This document shows positions 1 to 11,000 of a stretch of DNA of 64,000 nt, piece after piece (within the stretch, counting starts at the first letter, position 1; each line of letters starts with the position of its first letter). The notes beneath the pieces are model-generated. The model ran no database searches and was not told the DNA's origin. It worked only from the letters and a program-made list of their open reading frames with translations. The position numbers and the translations under genes were made by a program. This stretch comes from Orbicella franksi (lineage: Eukaryota). The stretch is taken from the NCBI GenBank assembly GCA_964199315.1, contig OZ116699.1:29946001-30010000 (forward strand), in the 5' to 3' direction.

Positions 1-222
1 AGGCTGATGGGGCAGAAAGTCTTGCGCACTCAGTCCGAGCATACCTTACTAACATGGATTTTTTCACAATTGTTTTAAACATCGAGCAAGTGCCGAACTT
101 AATAACGGAAATTTTGATCAAATTTTCCAACGTCGCAAGTTAGTTTTCATGAAAAATCGCTCTTCGAAAATCCCGAAATAAAGTTGTCGCGAAAGTTTTT
201 TAAAATCAGGTTTTAAGTCTTT

Positions 223-670
223 GGGCCTCCATGCCACAAACTAGACATTTAGTTGTCGACAACTAATTGTGTCCGTTGAAACATGACACACATTTTAGCA
301 TGCGTATTGTGTTTTGAGCATGAGTAGTGAACGTTAGTTCCCAAGCTCTCGCTGACTTGACTTAGTTGTCGATAACTAGCACTCCAACGTGTGGAATGTT
401 CGCATCGGACACAATTAGTTGTCGATAACAAATAACTAAATGTCTAGTCGTCTGAGGAGACCCTCTGAACCAATGATTCCCACTCACCGGAAAAATGGCT
501 TTAGTTGTCAACAACTACAGCAGTTTCTCTTTTCGAAAAGTGAAACTGCTTAGTTGTCGACAACTGAAAGTTTAGCGTTTAGTTGTCGACAAGTTACCTC
601 AAACACGACGTGTTTTAGTTGTCGATAACATTTAGCTGTCGACAACTAATCGTCTAGTGTGTTGAGGCCT
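223..670. mobile_element. MITE-like element with imperfect TIRs and an internal array of palindromic TTAGTTGTCGACAACTAA motifs
   Basis: Ends gggcctccatgccacaaactagac and gtctagtgtgttgaggcct are imperfect inverted repeats. About 9 copies of the 18-bp palindrome lie inside (perfect at 249-266). No coding capacity. Confidence 0.6.
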
Positions 671-860
671 TAATTATAACGAGGTACAGTCTGCGTCATC
701 CTCTCTTTATAACATTAATAAGTTTTAAAGAGAGGGAGCTCTCCTATCTTTTTGTAAACTTTTATAAAAGACCAGTTTACAGATATTTGCATAAGATTCG
801 AGGGCAACATTGAAGTGGGGCAATGTGGGGCTGGATACTCGAAGGTTTTGTTGAGCTCCT

Positions 861-1101
861 TATACGAGCTCAGTCACGGTATTTTGAGTTGTTTTGGCCA
901 CATACAAAATTACCTTTAAATAGTAGGAATCCTGAAGAAAAACAGTTTAGTAAGATAGAAAAATATCAAAGAGATAATGATAAACCATAAAGGAACAAGG
1001 ATGGCTAAGGATGGAGAAGATTAACACGGATTACAAACGACGAATTTGAAAAATTGGGGCTAAACTTTTCAATATGCGCAAACCGTGACGTGGCTCCTTT
1101 A
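861..1101. mobile_element. MITE whose right TIR contains the left duplication breakpoint
   Basis: tatacgagctcagtcacggt (861) is an imperfect inverted repeat of accgtgacgtggctccttta (1082-1101). Confidence 0.5.
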
Positions 1102-1127
1102 TATCATTATAAAAGACAAAACATTCC

Positions 1128-1246
1128 ATAGGCCATTTCCGAGTTACCACGTGCCTCTGTTTCAAAACGAGTCCTTGGGCAAAACCTTTCATATGAAAAT
1201 GACTTTGATTTGCATGAAAATAAACCTGTCTCAGAAATGGCCCATT
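1128..1246. mobile_element. Short MITE (ataggccattt...aaatggcccatt); duplicate at 23817-23935
   Basis: Terminal inverted repeats and non-coding interior. Confidence 0.55.
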
Positions 1247-1647
1247 GGAATGTCAAGAGAACTAAAACTATTTCTATTCATTATGTTTGCAGAAAAGACA
1301 TGTAAAATGCAGTTCATGAGTTAAAAGTTAGTCCTTCGTTTAACGAGCTGTTATAAAAACCCAACGATCGAAGAATTGTGCATTTTGTTTATCTGTATTC
1401 TATTTACAGCATTTGGTTTCCTTCACTAATTTTAGGAACTCGAGAACATTACAATATTTTACAGCTTGTGCTGATAGTTATTGCCTTCTATGTTTAGCAG
1501 TATTAAATCCGTTTTTCTTCTTGAAGAAAGTGTCGACTTCTGTGTCTGGATCATCATGTAAAATCTCTCTTGATTATTAATTCAAGAGCCCTAAAACTAT
1601 AGTGTGTTATTTTTGTTATTTTCACTGTCCTATATTTTCAGTCTGGT

Positions 1648-1936
1648 GGAGGCATGGTGGCCTCATGGTTAGTGCGCTCGTCTCGGGATCGAGCGGTCCG
1701 GGTTCGAGTCCTAGCCAGGGACATTGTGTTCTTGGGCAAGATAATTTACTCTAGCAGTGCTTCTCTCCATCCAGGTGAACAAATGGGTACCGGCGAATTT
1801 AATGCTGGGGGTAACCCTGCGATGGAGTGGCATCTCATCCAGGGGGGAGTAGAAAAACTCCTAGTCGTTTCATGCTACGAAAACCGGGATAAGCTCTAGC
1901 CTGATGGTCCACTTCCCTCGTTTGCAGACTTAACCT
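1648..1936 (+). mobile_element. tRNA-derived SINE (copy A)
   Basis: A-box-like tggcctcatggtta and B-box ggttcgagtcc, followed by a CORE-like segment cttgggcaag...aaatgggtacc. No cloverleaf or CCA end. Confidence 0.8.
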
Positions 1937-3459
1937 ATATTTCCGGTGTAGTGACTGAAAAAGGAAAAAGAACTATTTGCTTAGGACTCACACTACATGA
2001 TTTAAGAGATTCAGTCACGGGTATACGAGTAAGAACAATACAAACATAGCATAGGCAGCTCATAACACCGAAAAACGAGATGAGCAACCCAAAACTAGGT
2101 TAACCTGAGACAAAGGGGAAAACAAACATAGCCGGTCTTTAGAACTTGCATGGGCAGGGTACCATAAGCGTTGTTTAACAAATCCCCATGAACCACGAGA
2201 GTATTTTGTAGAACCCCTGGCTTGCTTAAGGTCAAAATAAAATTCAAAACAGTTCGTCCAGTAGACAAAGCCGGTTTGCCGTCAAAAGCATAACGTTCAA
2301 TGACTTTTTTTGTTTCAAAAGAGCTTAAATTTTACTAGATGGGGAAAGGACAAATTATGGGCACACCTCTAATTATCTGATTGTTCAGGTTTTTGATACA
2401 ACCTAAACTAAAAATAAACTTGTGGAATTGCAGGTTTCTAAAAGTCAATTTAAAATAAACAATTCTTCGAATCTGAACTTCTTTTTCGTAGATAATGAAT
2501 ATATTTATGTACTACACTAAAGACTCAACAAATGGCTGTACTGTGCTAATAGCTAACCTTGGTGAGTATTTATGATGTACTGTAGCTGTAAGTTCTAACT
2601 CATTAGGGCCTGTCAGTTTGTAATCGGCTTGCTTACAAGGATTTAAAGATTTTACTTTATATAGGTCTTCATCGGTTTTGTTCTCGACATGCAGTAGACG
2701 TTGTTTTAATTCCAGTGAAATGCCGACTTCATCCCTTGAATATTATCTCATTCAATTATAACGAAACGTTGCCTTAATCATTTCAGTTCAAATACGTTAT
2801 TCTTGGCATATAGAAACAACCACAAAAATGTTGTAGATATCGTGATATTTCAAAAGATATTCTCCATGCCTAAAGATTTATCTGAAATACTTTTCAGTCT
2901 TGCTGAAGTCTGACCAATGCGCTTGCCAATCAACGCACAAACTGAAATTCTAGACTTCCTGGATTGAGTTTCTTTATAACATTTAAGAGTTATTTAAAAT
3001 GCTTGCTGACTGTCCACGATTTCTCTGTTCACGGTTCTTACATTGTGGTGCACCACCAATTTCTCCGTTAGGTAGACTATTACAAAGACGACCAGTTAGC
3101 AAAACAATTTAATGGCCATCTTGGCAAATTGATCGCTTAAAGCTCTATCCCACAGCTAACAGTATAGAGGCTTGAGTACTACTCGTAAGAGCATAATCAA
3201 AATGACACAAGCACGCCTTCTGGTCCTGTAATTTCAGAGAGTACATCAACTTCATTTTAACTTTTCTAAAAAAATTCATCGATTGATTGATTGATTCCTC
3301 ACCAATCTACCTCATGCCAAATGGCACATGGTCTCATTCAGTTTAAATTTTCTTGTTTAATTTCATATTAGTGAATTTTGTATAGTCAGGAAGTCATCTC
3401 CTTACTTCGTTCCCCGAATGTAATTCAGTGCATGCCTTTATTACGAGTTATGTATGTAT

Positions 3460-4332
3460 GGTTCTCATATAATCGCCCAGATCGTTTCGATCGTCGCGAT
3501 CGTTTGCAACCGCCGAGTTAATCAGAGGCGATCCAAGCGATTGGGAGCGATAAAGGGATTTTCATATAATCGCCCCAATCGTCTGGTATGAGTAAAGCGC
3601 GCGGTCAAGGCCTAGGCCTGATGGAACACTCTTTCGTTTCTTCAAGTAACGTCATCTTCTCTCTGCCTTGGGGACATCCAAACCAAACTTTTCTTCTATA
3701 GCTTTCCAAGAGTTAAACCTAATATATTTATTTTAATTTGAAAGTGAAGAATGATCATTGCAGTAAATTTTCCAATTTAAGCAATTGGAAAGAAGAAGCC
3801 TGAAAAAACGGGATCCCGTTGAAGCCCTGATTTTTTCAGGCTTCTTCTTTCCAATTGCTTAAATTGGAACATTCACTGCGATGATCATTCTTCACTTTTA
3901 TCTACAACCGCAGTTCAAATATGAATTATTTCATATATACTTCACATCATACTTATTTTAATTTATATTCATTTGAATACTTGCCGTATATACTCTCGGA
4001 TTTTTGGACTTCTTCCATGAACAACCCCTGATTAAACTCTAATGTTTTAATGACCATGTTGGTTGTGAGGCCGTGTTGAGTCCTGGATAATACTGATGCA
4101 CCATGGGACAGTTTGGATCGCTTCGATCGTCTCCCGGTGAGAAAGTAGTTCTCATAAAATCGTTCACGATCGCTCCGGTCTGCGACCAATCGCCCGGATG
4201 AACACGGACGATCCCAGCGATCGCGATCGCCCTAATCGCTACCAGCATTAACAATTATCTGTGTGAGACCACTTTTTGAAGTGACAGCGGTGATTGAAAC
4301 GAACGGGGCCATAATATGAGAACCAGCCTTAA
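3460..4332. mobile_element. MITE/non-autonomous DNA transposon with GGTTCTCATAT TIRs and CGATCG-rich subtermini; duplicate at 26152-26800
   Basis: ggttctcatat (3460) and atatgagaaccagccttaa (4315-4332) are inverted repeats, with many gatcg motifs near both ends. Confidence 0.65.
3740..3952. mobile_element. 213-bp fold-back insertion with 12-bp target-site duplication, copy A only
   Basis: ttattttaattt flanks both sides (3728-3739, 3953-3964). Stem of about 68 bp (3741-3808 vs 3831-3898). Copy B near 26420 has the empty site. Confidence 0.75.
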
Positions 4333-4992
4333 GCGTTGTCCTACGTCGTTAGCCTTGCGGCATTCAGCTGGCACGTGCCAGTGTTGGACATTTACACAGA
4401 CTTGTTCTCTAGGACCTTGAGCTCATTGAATGTCGGCGAAGATTCTCAAGGTTTTAGTGAGTAAAAGTTAGAGAAGTCAGGGAGATTATGGAAACAAAAC
4501 AGAAATGTCATACTGGATCTTATTTAGGTGTTGCCGTAACATGTGTTAACTTCCGTGCTAGCATCTCTCGCGCTTTCCACATTCCGGGTAGGATAAAAAA
4601 AAAAAAACTAACTAGCACTACTCTAAAAAACAATGTCAGTTCACTGAAGAAAAGTTCACGCGCCATGCTTCAAGGTGGCCCAATCCTGAAATGTGATTAT
4701 TTTCTGCCAAATGATGGGTTTCTATTTTTTTTTATTTTTATTTTTTTGTCACAAAAATAGTTAAAGTTTTTGAAACGGTGGAAATGGTTAATTGAATTAT
4801 GTTCTGTCGGTCAACGTTTATTAAACGTCGTTTACTCGAATATTGTTTTAACGGGTTACTTGTGAAGTTCCACCGTACATTGAAAAAGAAAAACTGGATA
4901 TTATCGGAGTAGTGACAATAGCAAATAGTTATTATTGTTAGCGAGGAGAGAAAACGTTTCAGTGGATGATTCTGGTTTTCTTTCAGACTACA

Positions 4993-5068
4993 ATGGCGTC
5001 ACTACACTTCTTGCTGGCGCTGTTTCTACAGCTAGCCATTGCTGCTCTTTTCTTTCAACAGAGCAATG
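4993..5068 (+). CDS. Gene A signal-peptide exon
   Basis: [25 protein letters not shown], hydrophobic core, phase-1 donor gtaagt. Confidence 0.8.
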
Positions 5069-8000
5069 GTAAGTTCTCAAAAGATTCTAGATCCTTTCTG
5101 CAAAAGAACGAGAACAACAATGTTCAAGAATGGTTATTCAATCCAGGGTCCTTCTGGATACTAACCATGATGTTGAATGGGCCACCCTAGCTAAATAAAG
5201 GTTTTTCTCACTTACAGTTACCCAGTAAAACGAAAATAACGAATACGGTAGTTCATAAATAGCTGTGTCTCAATGGATAATGCTTATGGAAAAAAGTGAG
5301 TCACTCTTTTGCTTGCAGTATGATGTTCCGTCTACTCTCTTTATTGTTTTAATTAATAGTTACTCAAAAGAACTATTTCATACCATCCAACCGATCTAAT
5401 CGTTGGAAATAGATTCGAACTTAGATAAAGACTTTCAACATCAATTAACTTTATTTTAACAGGAGCCTTCTGTAGACGACCGGTTGATATCGCCTTTGCA
5501 ATAGATGCCTCGGGCAGTGTGGGAAGTTGGGGATATTACCAAGAAAAGACCTTTGTAAGCAATACCATTGACAGATTCGGAATCTCGCGCTCAGGCACGC
5601 ACGCCGCGGTCATAGTTTACAGCACGAGTGCGCAGGTCGCGATATCTCTCACTCAGTACACCAGCTACCCGAGATTCCACTCTGCCGTACAACGAATTCC
5701 TTACACTAGAGGACTGACAAGGATTGATTTAGCACTGAAAGTGGCAGCCGAACAAGTGTTTTCGGATGATGGCGGTGTACGGAGTAATGTACCCAAAATA
5801 CTGGTGCTGATGACGGACGGTTTTCAAACTCGTACCAGGGATTCCTTGCCGCTTGACAAGGCGGTGCTGCCTTTGAAAGCTCAAGGCGTGCAAGTGTATG
5901 CTTTGGCTATAGGAAAATACACCGAAGAATATGAATTGAGGTTGATCGTGGAGAAGTCATCACATATTTTTCGATCCAGCAAGTTTAGTGGTCTAAAGAG
6001 AGTGATAGGAAGATTGGCAGTAACCACATGTAGAAATGGTGAGTATGTACTGCAGTAAAAATCAAACCGTTCATGATTAATTTTCTGTCTTCTGACACGT
6101 GCGCAATTGAGATTAGTTACAAATTCATCATATGCTAGCTCGCGCTTCGTTTTTTTTTCTCAAACCGTTTACTTTTAACAAATTGTGTATATCGCTCCTT
6201 GTTTCTGGATCGTTGCCATCGTTCTTCCCGTACTTATTTAATTCAAATCTCAAATGCAAACGACCAAAAAAGTAAAATATTCCTATGTTAGTTAAATCAG
6301 TTTTAGTTACGACGAGATTAACGCCAATTTTTTTCTTCTAACTAACAGCTCTCCCTGTGGCATTTGCGATCTATCCACTGAACACGCAAACCCGGGGAAG
6401 GGACATCAGTGCACGAAGAGCCCCCACGGGGTATTTAAGTTCAGTAACCAGTGCAATGGGGCCGTATGGGAGACCTGGGGGATCTTTTTATCTACAAGGA
6501 ACACCCAACAGCTACATCGGCTTCCTTAATTCAGCTTCAGGAAAACTAGACACGTGGACGTCAATTTCTATATTTTTGTGGGTTTATCCCGAGGAAAAAC
6601 CCGGCCCGATCGTCAACTATCGAAAAAGCGGGCACGGTCTTGGTCTTTGGCTATCAGGCACGCGTGTGCTTGAGGGTCGTGTTTACGGTCGTCGAAATTA
6701 CTACAGAAGAAAACTGCACTTTACTCATTTCGTGCCAAGAAGATGGTATTATGTGGGTCTCATGTACGATAACACCCACCGATATGCAACCTTGTGGGTC
6801 AACGGACGGGTGGTAGGATGATTTCCATTGTACATATTTGAACAATGTATAAATATCATTAATAACTCCCTATTTAAACTATGGTTCATGTGCATGAGGT
6901 TACTGCTCCCAAACACATTTAAAACGATAGCTAGTGTTACAAAAACGCGCATTGCGCTTAATTTTCGTTCGCCGGAACTCCAGAGAACAGGCAGTTCCCG
7001 TATTTCTTAAGGCCAATTGCCTTCCAGTGTTATTCCTGTTTTTCCACCAGTTTTACTACTTGATGTATGATGCGTACAAAAAAGCCCCTGGCCAATAAAC
7101 CTGCTGAATCAATTCTTAAATTCAGTACAATACTTAACTAACTATAATACCAGATCATCCACGAATAAGTGCTTCTATATAAAATTTTCAAGAACAGAGA
7201 AAACGATAAATCCTTTAAAAGGATATCTTTTATGCATCAGATAAGCAAGTTTTACCCCAAACCTCGCTATTAAGGCGGGATATAACCTAAAATTCTGAAA
7301 GAAATTGGAAGTTTTGTTTTTCACGGAACTCGAATCTTAAGGTATTGAAGTTTTATTCAGTGACAAGTACGGTTACTGTAAGTTTAAAGCTCGTTTTCTC
7401 AAAACGAGTTATTTTCGCCTTCGAGAAAAGATATCGTGAGAAGGATTTATTCAATTGAGCTAAAATTTTCAGGATTTGTTGTTCTTAGTGCGTTCTGTGG
7501 GATAAGCATAGAACTTTTCCATGCAGTGCATTCTGTCGAAGTTATGTATTGACACGTGTGCTAGATTTTCTGTGAGATTTAACTGGTCATCACTTCGTGT
7601 ATTTTTAACTTAAAATCTCTATGCTTATCCCAGCAAGCTATTTGTCTTCTTTTATAAAATGTAAAAAATCATTCCTTTAGATCAGTTTTTGTAGGAGTGA
7701 TCTTTTCTCAAGGAAGCCCTGGCATTCGCCAGCAGATGGCAGATTTAATCAGCCGGTGTCATTAAAATTGTGTCCTAGACAAATTTAGAAAGCAGCAAAG
7801 ATGAAAAGAATATCCTCGTGAAAACAACACGATGGTACCTGAGGTTTGAGAAAATTTCTCGTAAACGAGGCTTGGTGGTGAAGTTTGAGCATGTGACGTA
7901 ATCATGCACAAGACTTATTCACTGGTAATTAAGCTTTAATTAAAACGTCATAATGAAACGAATTGAAAACAAGGAAAGCTAAAGTGGGGATTACATCCGG

Positions 8001-11000
8001 AGGGGCTTATAACCGGATGTATTTTTTGGTTTAGCGGTAGATGGGTTCATAAGCGAGGGCCTTATAAGTGGGGCGGGGGGGGGGGGGAGGGCTTATAGGC
8101 GACAGTTTACGGGGTTTATTAACAATAGGTTTAGAGACAGACAAAAATTACTTTACGAGATTATCTGAATACTAACTAGTAGCTCTGATTTTCAAAGAAT
8201 TCCAGCAAGTTTTGACATTTTCTTTTGCATTTATTTGATGTTTCAGGTTTTTCGCACAACAATGAGCCGAATACACCTGGCTACCCAGCATTCCATTCGA
8301 ATGGGTGCCGTGAGTGGTGTTAATCAGTACTTTAGAGGTCGGGTCACGTGCCTGCAAATATATGGAATGATGTTGACCTCCAATCAGATAGCGACCATAA
8401 AGAAGAAGTGTGCTGCTAGGGACCGTAAGTGGCTTAATGTAATCTCTATGCAATCAGTGTATTTTACAATTATTCCACGAGCGTGCGTTAGATAAGAGAT
8501 GGTTGATAGCCGACCAGGCGGGAAGCGTCGAGTTGGCTATAACCATCTCATATCCAACAAGAGTGAGTGGAATATTTTTTTTTTTATTAAAAACGCCCCT
8601 AAAATGTAGAACAAATTAAAATAAAAATAAAAGCGCCCCAAGGAATCACGCGTACGCTAACCATTTGTGTAGAGCAAGGTATAATGGCTCATATACCATG
8701 ATGGCTAAGCCAATGAAAACTCTTGAACTGCATTATCTAATGATCCAGTTTTTAATATAATAATGTATTGTTGAATTGCATTCCTTTGAATAACCATTTT
8801 CTCTTCCTCTTATATCACGACTTTTTTTTATTATTTCAGAGAAAGATCCTTGTCTTTCCAGCCCATGTAAAAATGGCGGAAGCTGTATCGTCGCTTCAAA
8901 AGATAAAACTGGTTATCGTTGTCGCTGTAAACCTGGTTATCGTGGGCATAGATGTGAAGGTAATAAATAAACAAACAAATAAATAAATAAATAAATAAAT
9001 AAATGAATAACTTTCAATTCGTTTTCTCTGTCACTTCTGGTTAAAGAAATTATCCTTGTGGTTGCTGAAAAAAAAGCAGCCTGCTAATTGCAATTGCAAG
9101 GATAGTATTAATCACTTTGAACTCTCTATCGGCTGTCCACTGCTTATTATGTGGCTTGTGTTTGTAGCCGATATAACGTGCGCTCTGAATGGCCAATTCT
9201 AGAGCATTTTTCTCCCGTGATGTCCACGAGCCGTTTACGGGTCTGCAAAAGCAAAGCAAAAACCGGGTCAGCGGTGCTCATGGCGGTCGGATGTGCTTTT
9301 ACGATCTCCTGCTACTTCACGTTATTTTGCCTGCTTTTACGAGCTTCAGCAACTGACTACAACTACTCTGGGAGTCCACTAACATCTGTGACTTCCAGCA
9401 TCTCTGTTGATCTACGAATTTTATCTGAACGACAATTTTGTGACGAATTATTGATACTTCCATCTGGACCATATGGCGGCGATCTTGCTTTGGAAGGACG
9501 GCTTCGACGAATTAGGTATTTTTCCATACGAATTGCTTACCATACGAATGGAATTACTACATTTAATTCATCTCCCTTTAAAATTATATGCAGCGGTGAT
9601 GTTGAAACTAATCCAGGCGACGAAACTGTCGTTAATTCGTCTTCCAATGCAATATCTTCAACCAGAAATCTTCGATATTTACTACTCAATGCCAGAAGTT
9701 TGAGAAACAAGGTTCTTGATTTGCAAGCCTTGTTGCTGGAGAATTTTTTTCCGGTCATAGCTATTACAGAAACATGGCTCGACGCTAGCTTCATGGACTT
9801 CGAATTGGGTCTGAATGATTACTCTATTCGTCGCAAGGACAGACAAGATCGTAGAGGTGGAGGTGTCTTACTAGCGATACATACAGACTTAATTTCGATA
9901 CGAAGAAGGGATCTGGAGATCGATGACAGAATTGAAACCGTAACGGTGGACATTTGTCAAAAATCAATGGACAACATCCTATTTGGAGTCTGCTATAGAC
10001 CACCTAGTGCTGATATGGAATATTCCCTCATATTACGTCAATGTCTGGAGAGAATTGAAATGACTAGATTTGCTACCTGCTATCTTGTGGGCGACTTCAA
10101 CTTCCCAAGCATTGACTGGTATGGTTTGACTCCCACCTCAATCGATGCATGTACTGTTGATTTTTGTGACGTGCTCAACGATCATTTTCTGGTTCAATGT
10201 AACTTCAATCCAACAAGAATGCTAAATGAAACTGATGGCAATATTCTTGATTTAAATCTGACCAAAATCCCTGATTTGGTTAGTAATGTTGAAGTACTGA
10301 CTGATCATTTTAACTCTGATCATTTTCCTGTCAGCTTTAGTATTAAAATTTTGTCTGGTCGCCCTCGTAAGACTATCCCAAGGAAGGTCTACAATTTTAA
10401 GAAGGCAAACTTTACTAAACTGAACGTAGGATTGTGCCTTCTTGGAAGAGGATGTGGACATTTGTACTGAAAGAGTCAACGATCTATTATTGACTGCTGC
10501 TGATATGTGCATTCCAACCTTTACTGTAAGAAAGAAAATTAATCCTCCATGGATCACCAAGGACATTCTCAATAAGATCAAAAAGAAAAAAAGGTTATGG
10601 CGAAAACTTAAAGCTCATCCATCAGAAGCCCTTAGCAGAAAGTTTAAAGAGTTACCAAGATCAGTCAAACAGCTTATAAGATCTGAGTATAAAAGGTATC
10701 TGCAGCACCTGTCCAGTCAACTGAAGGCAAACCCAAAACGATTTTGGAGCTACCATTCAATTAAGTCGAAATCAAAAAGGCTTCCTGAAGTAAACACTTA
10801 CAACGGAAGATCTGTGACGAAACCTCAACAACAAGCTAATTTATTCAATATTCACTTCCACTCAGTTTTTTGTAAACAGAGCACTCGGGTACCAGCTCCA
10901 AAACAGATTGACTTACAAGACTCAAGACTTGATGTCCTCACCAACCATGTGACACGTGGCACTAAAGAAGTTCAAAAATTGCTTAACCAACTTAATGCTA

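Noticed and set aside
249-660. CRISPR-like array of palindromic repeats
   Set aside because: Eukaryotic context, irregular spacing, degenerate repeats, no cas genes; explained as a MITE.
1648-1720. tRNA gene
   Set aside because: Only A/B boxes, with no full cloverleaf, continuing into a SINE body. The 81-aa and 94-aa ORFs here are also spurious.
3953-4760. Short ORFs at 3953-4254 and 4488-4760 (and duplicates at 26420-27269)
   Set aside because: Within MITE or low-complexity sequence, and frames differ between the two copies.
9151-9279. N-terminal 43 codons of the 439-aa ORF
   Set aside because: They lie mostly outside the LINE boundary (9263), in host intron shared with copy B; chance read-through.
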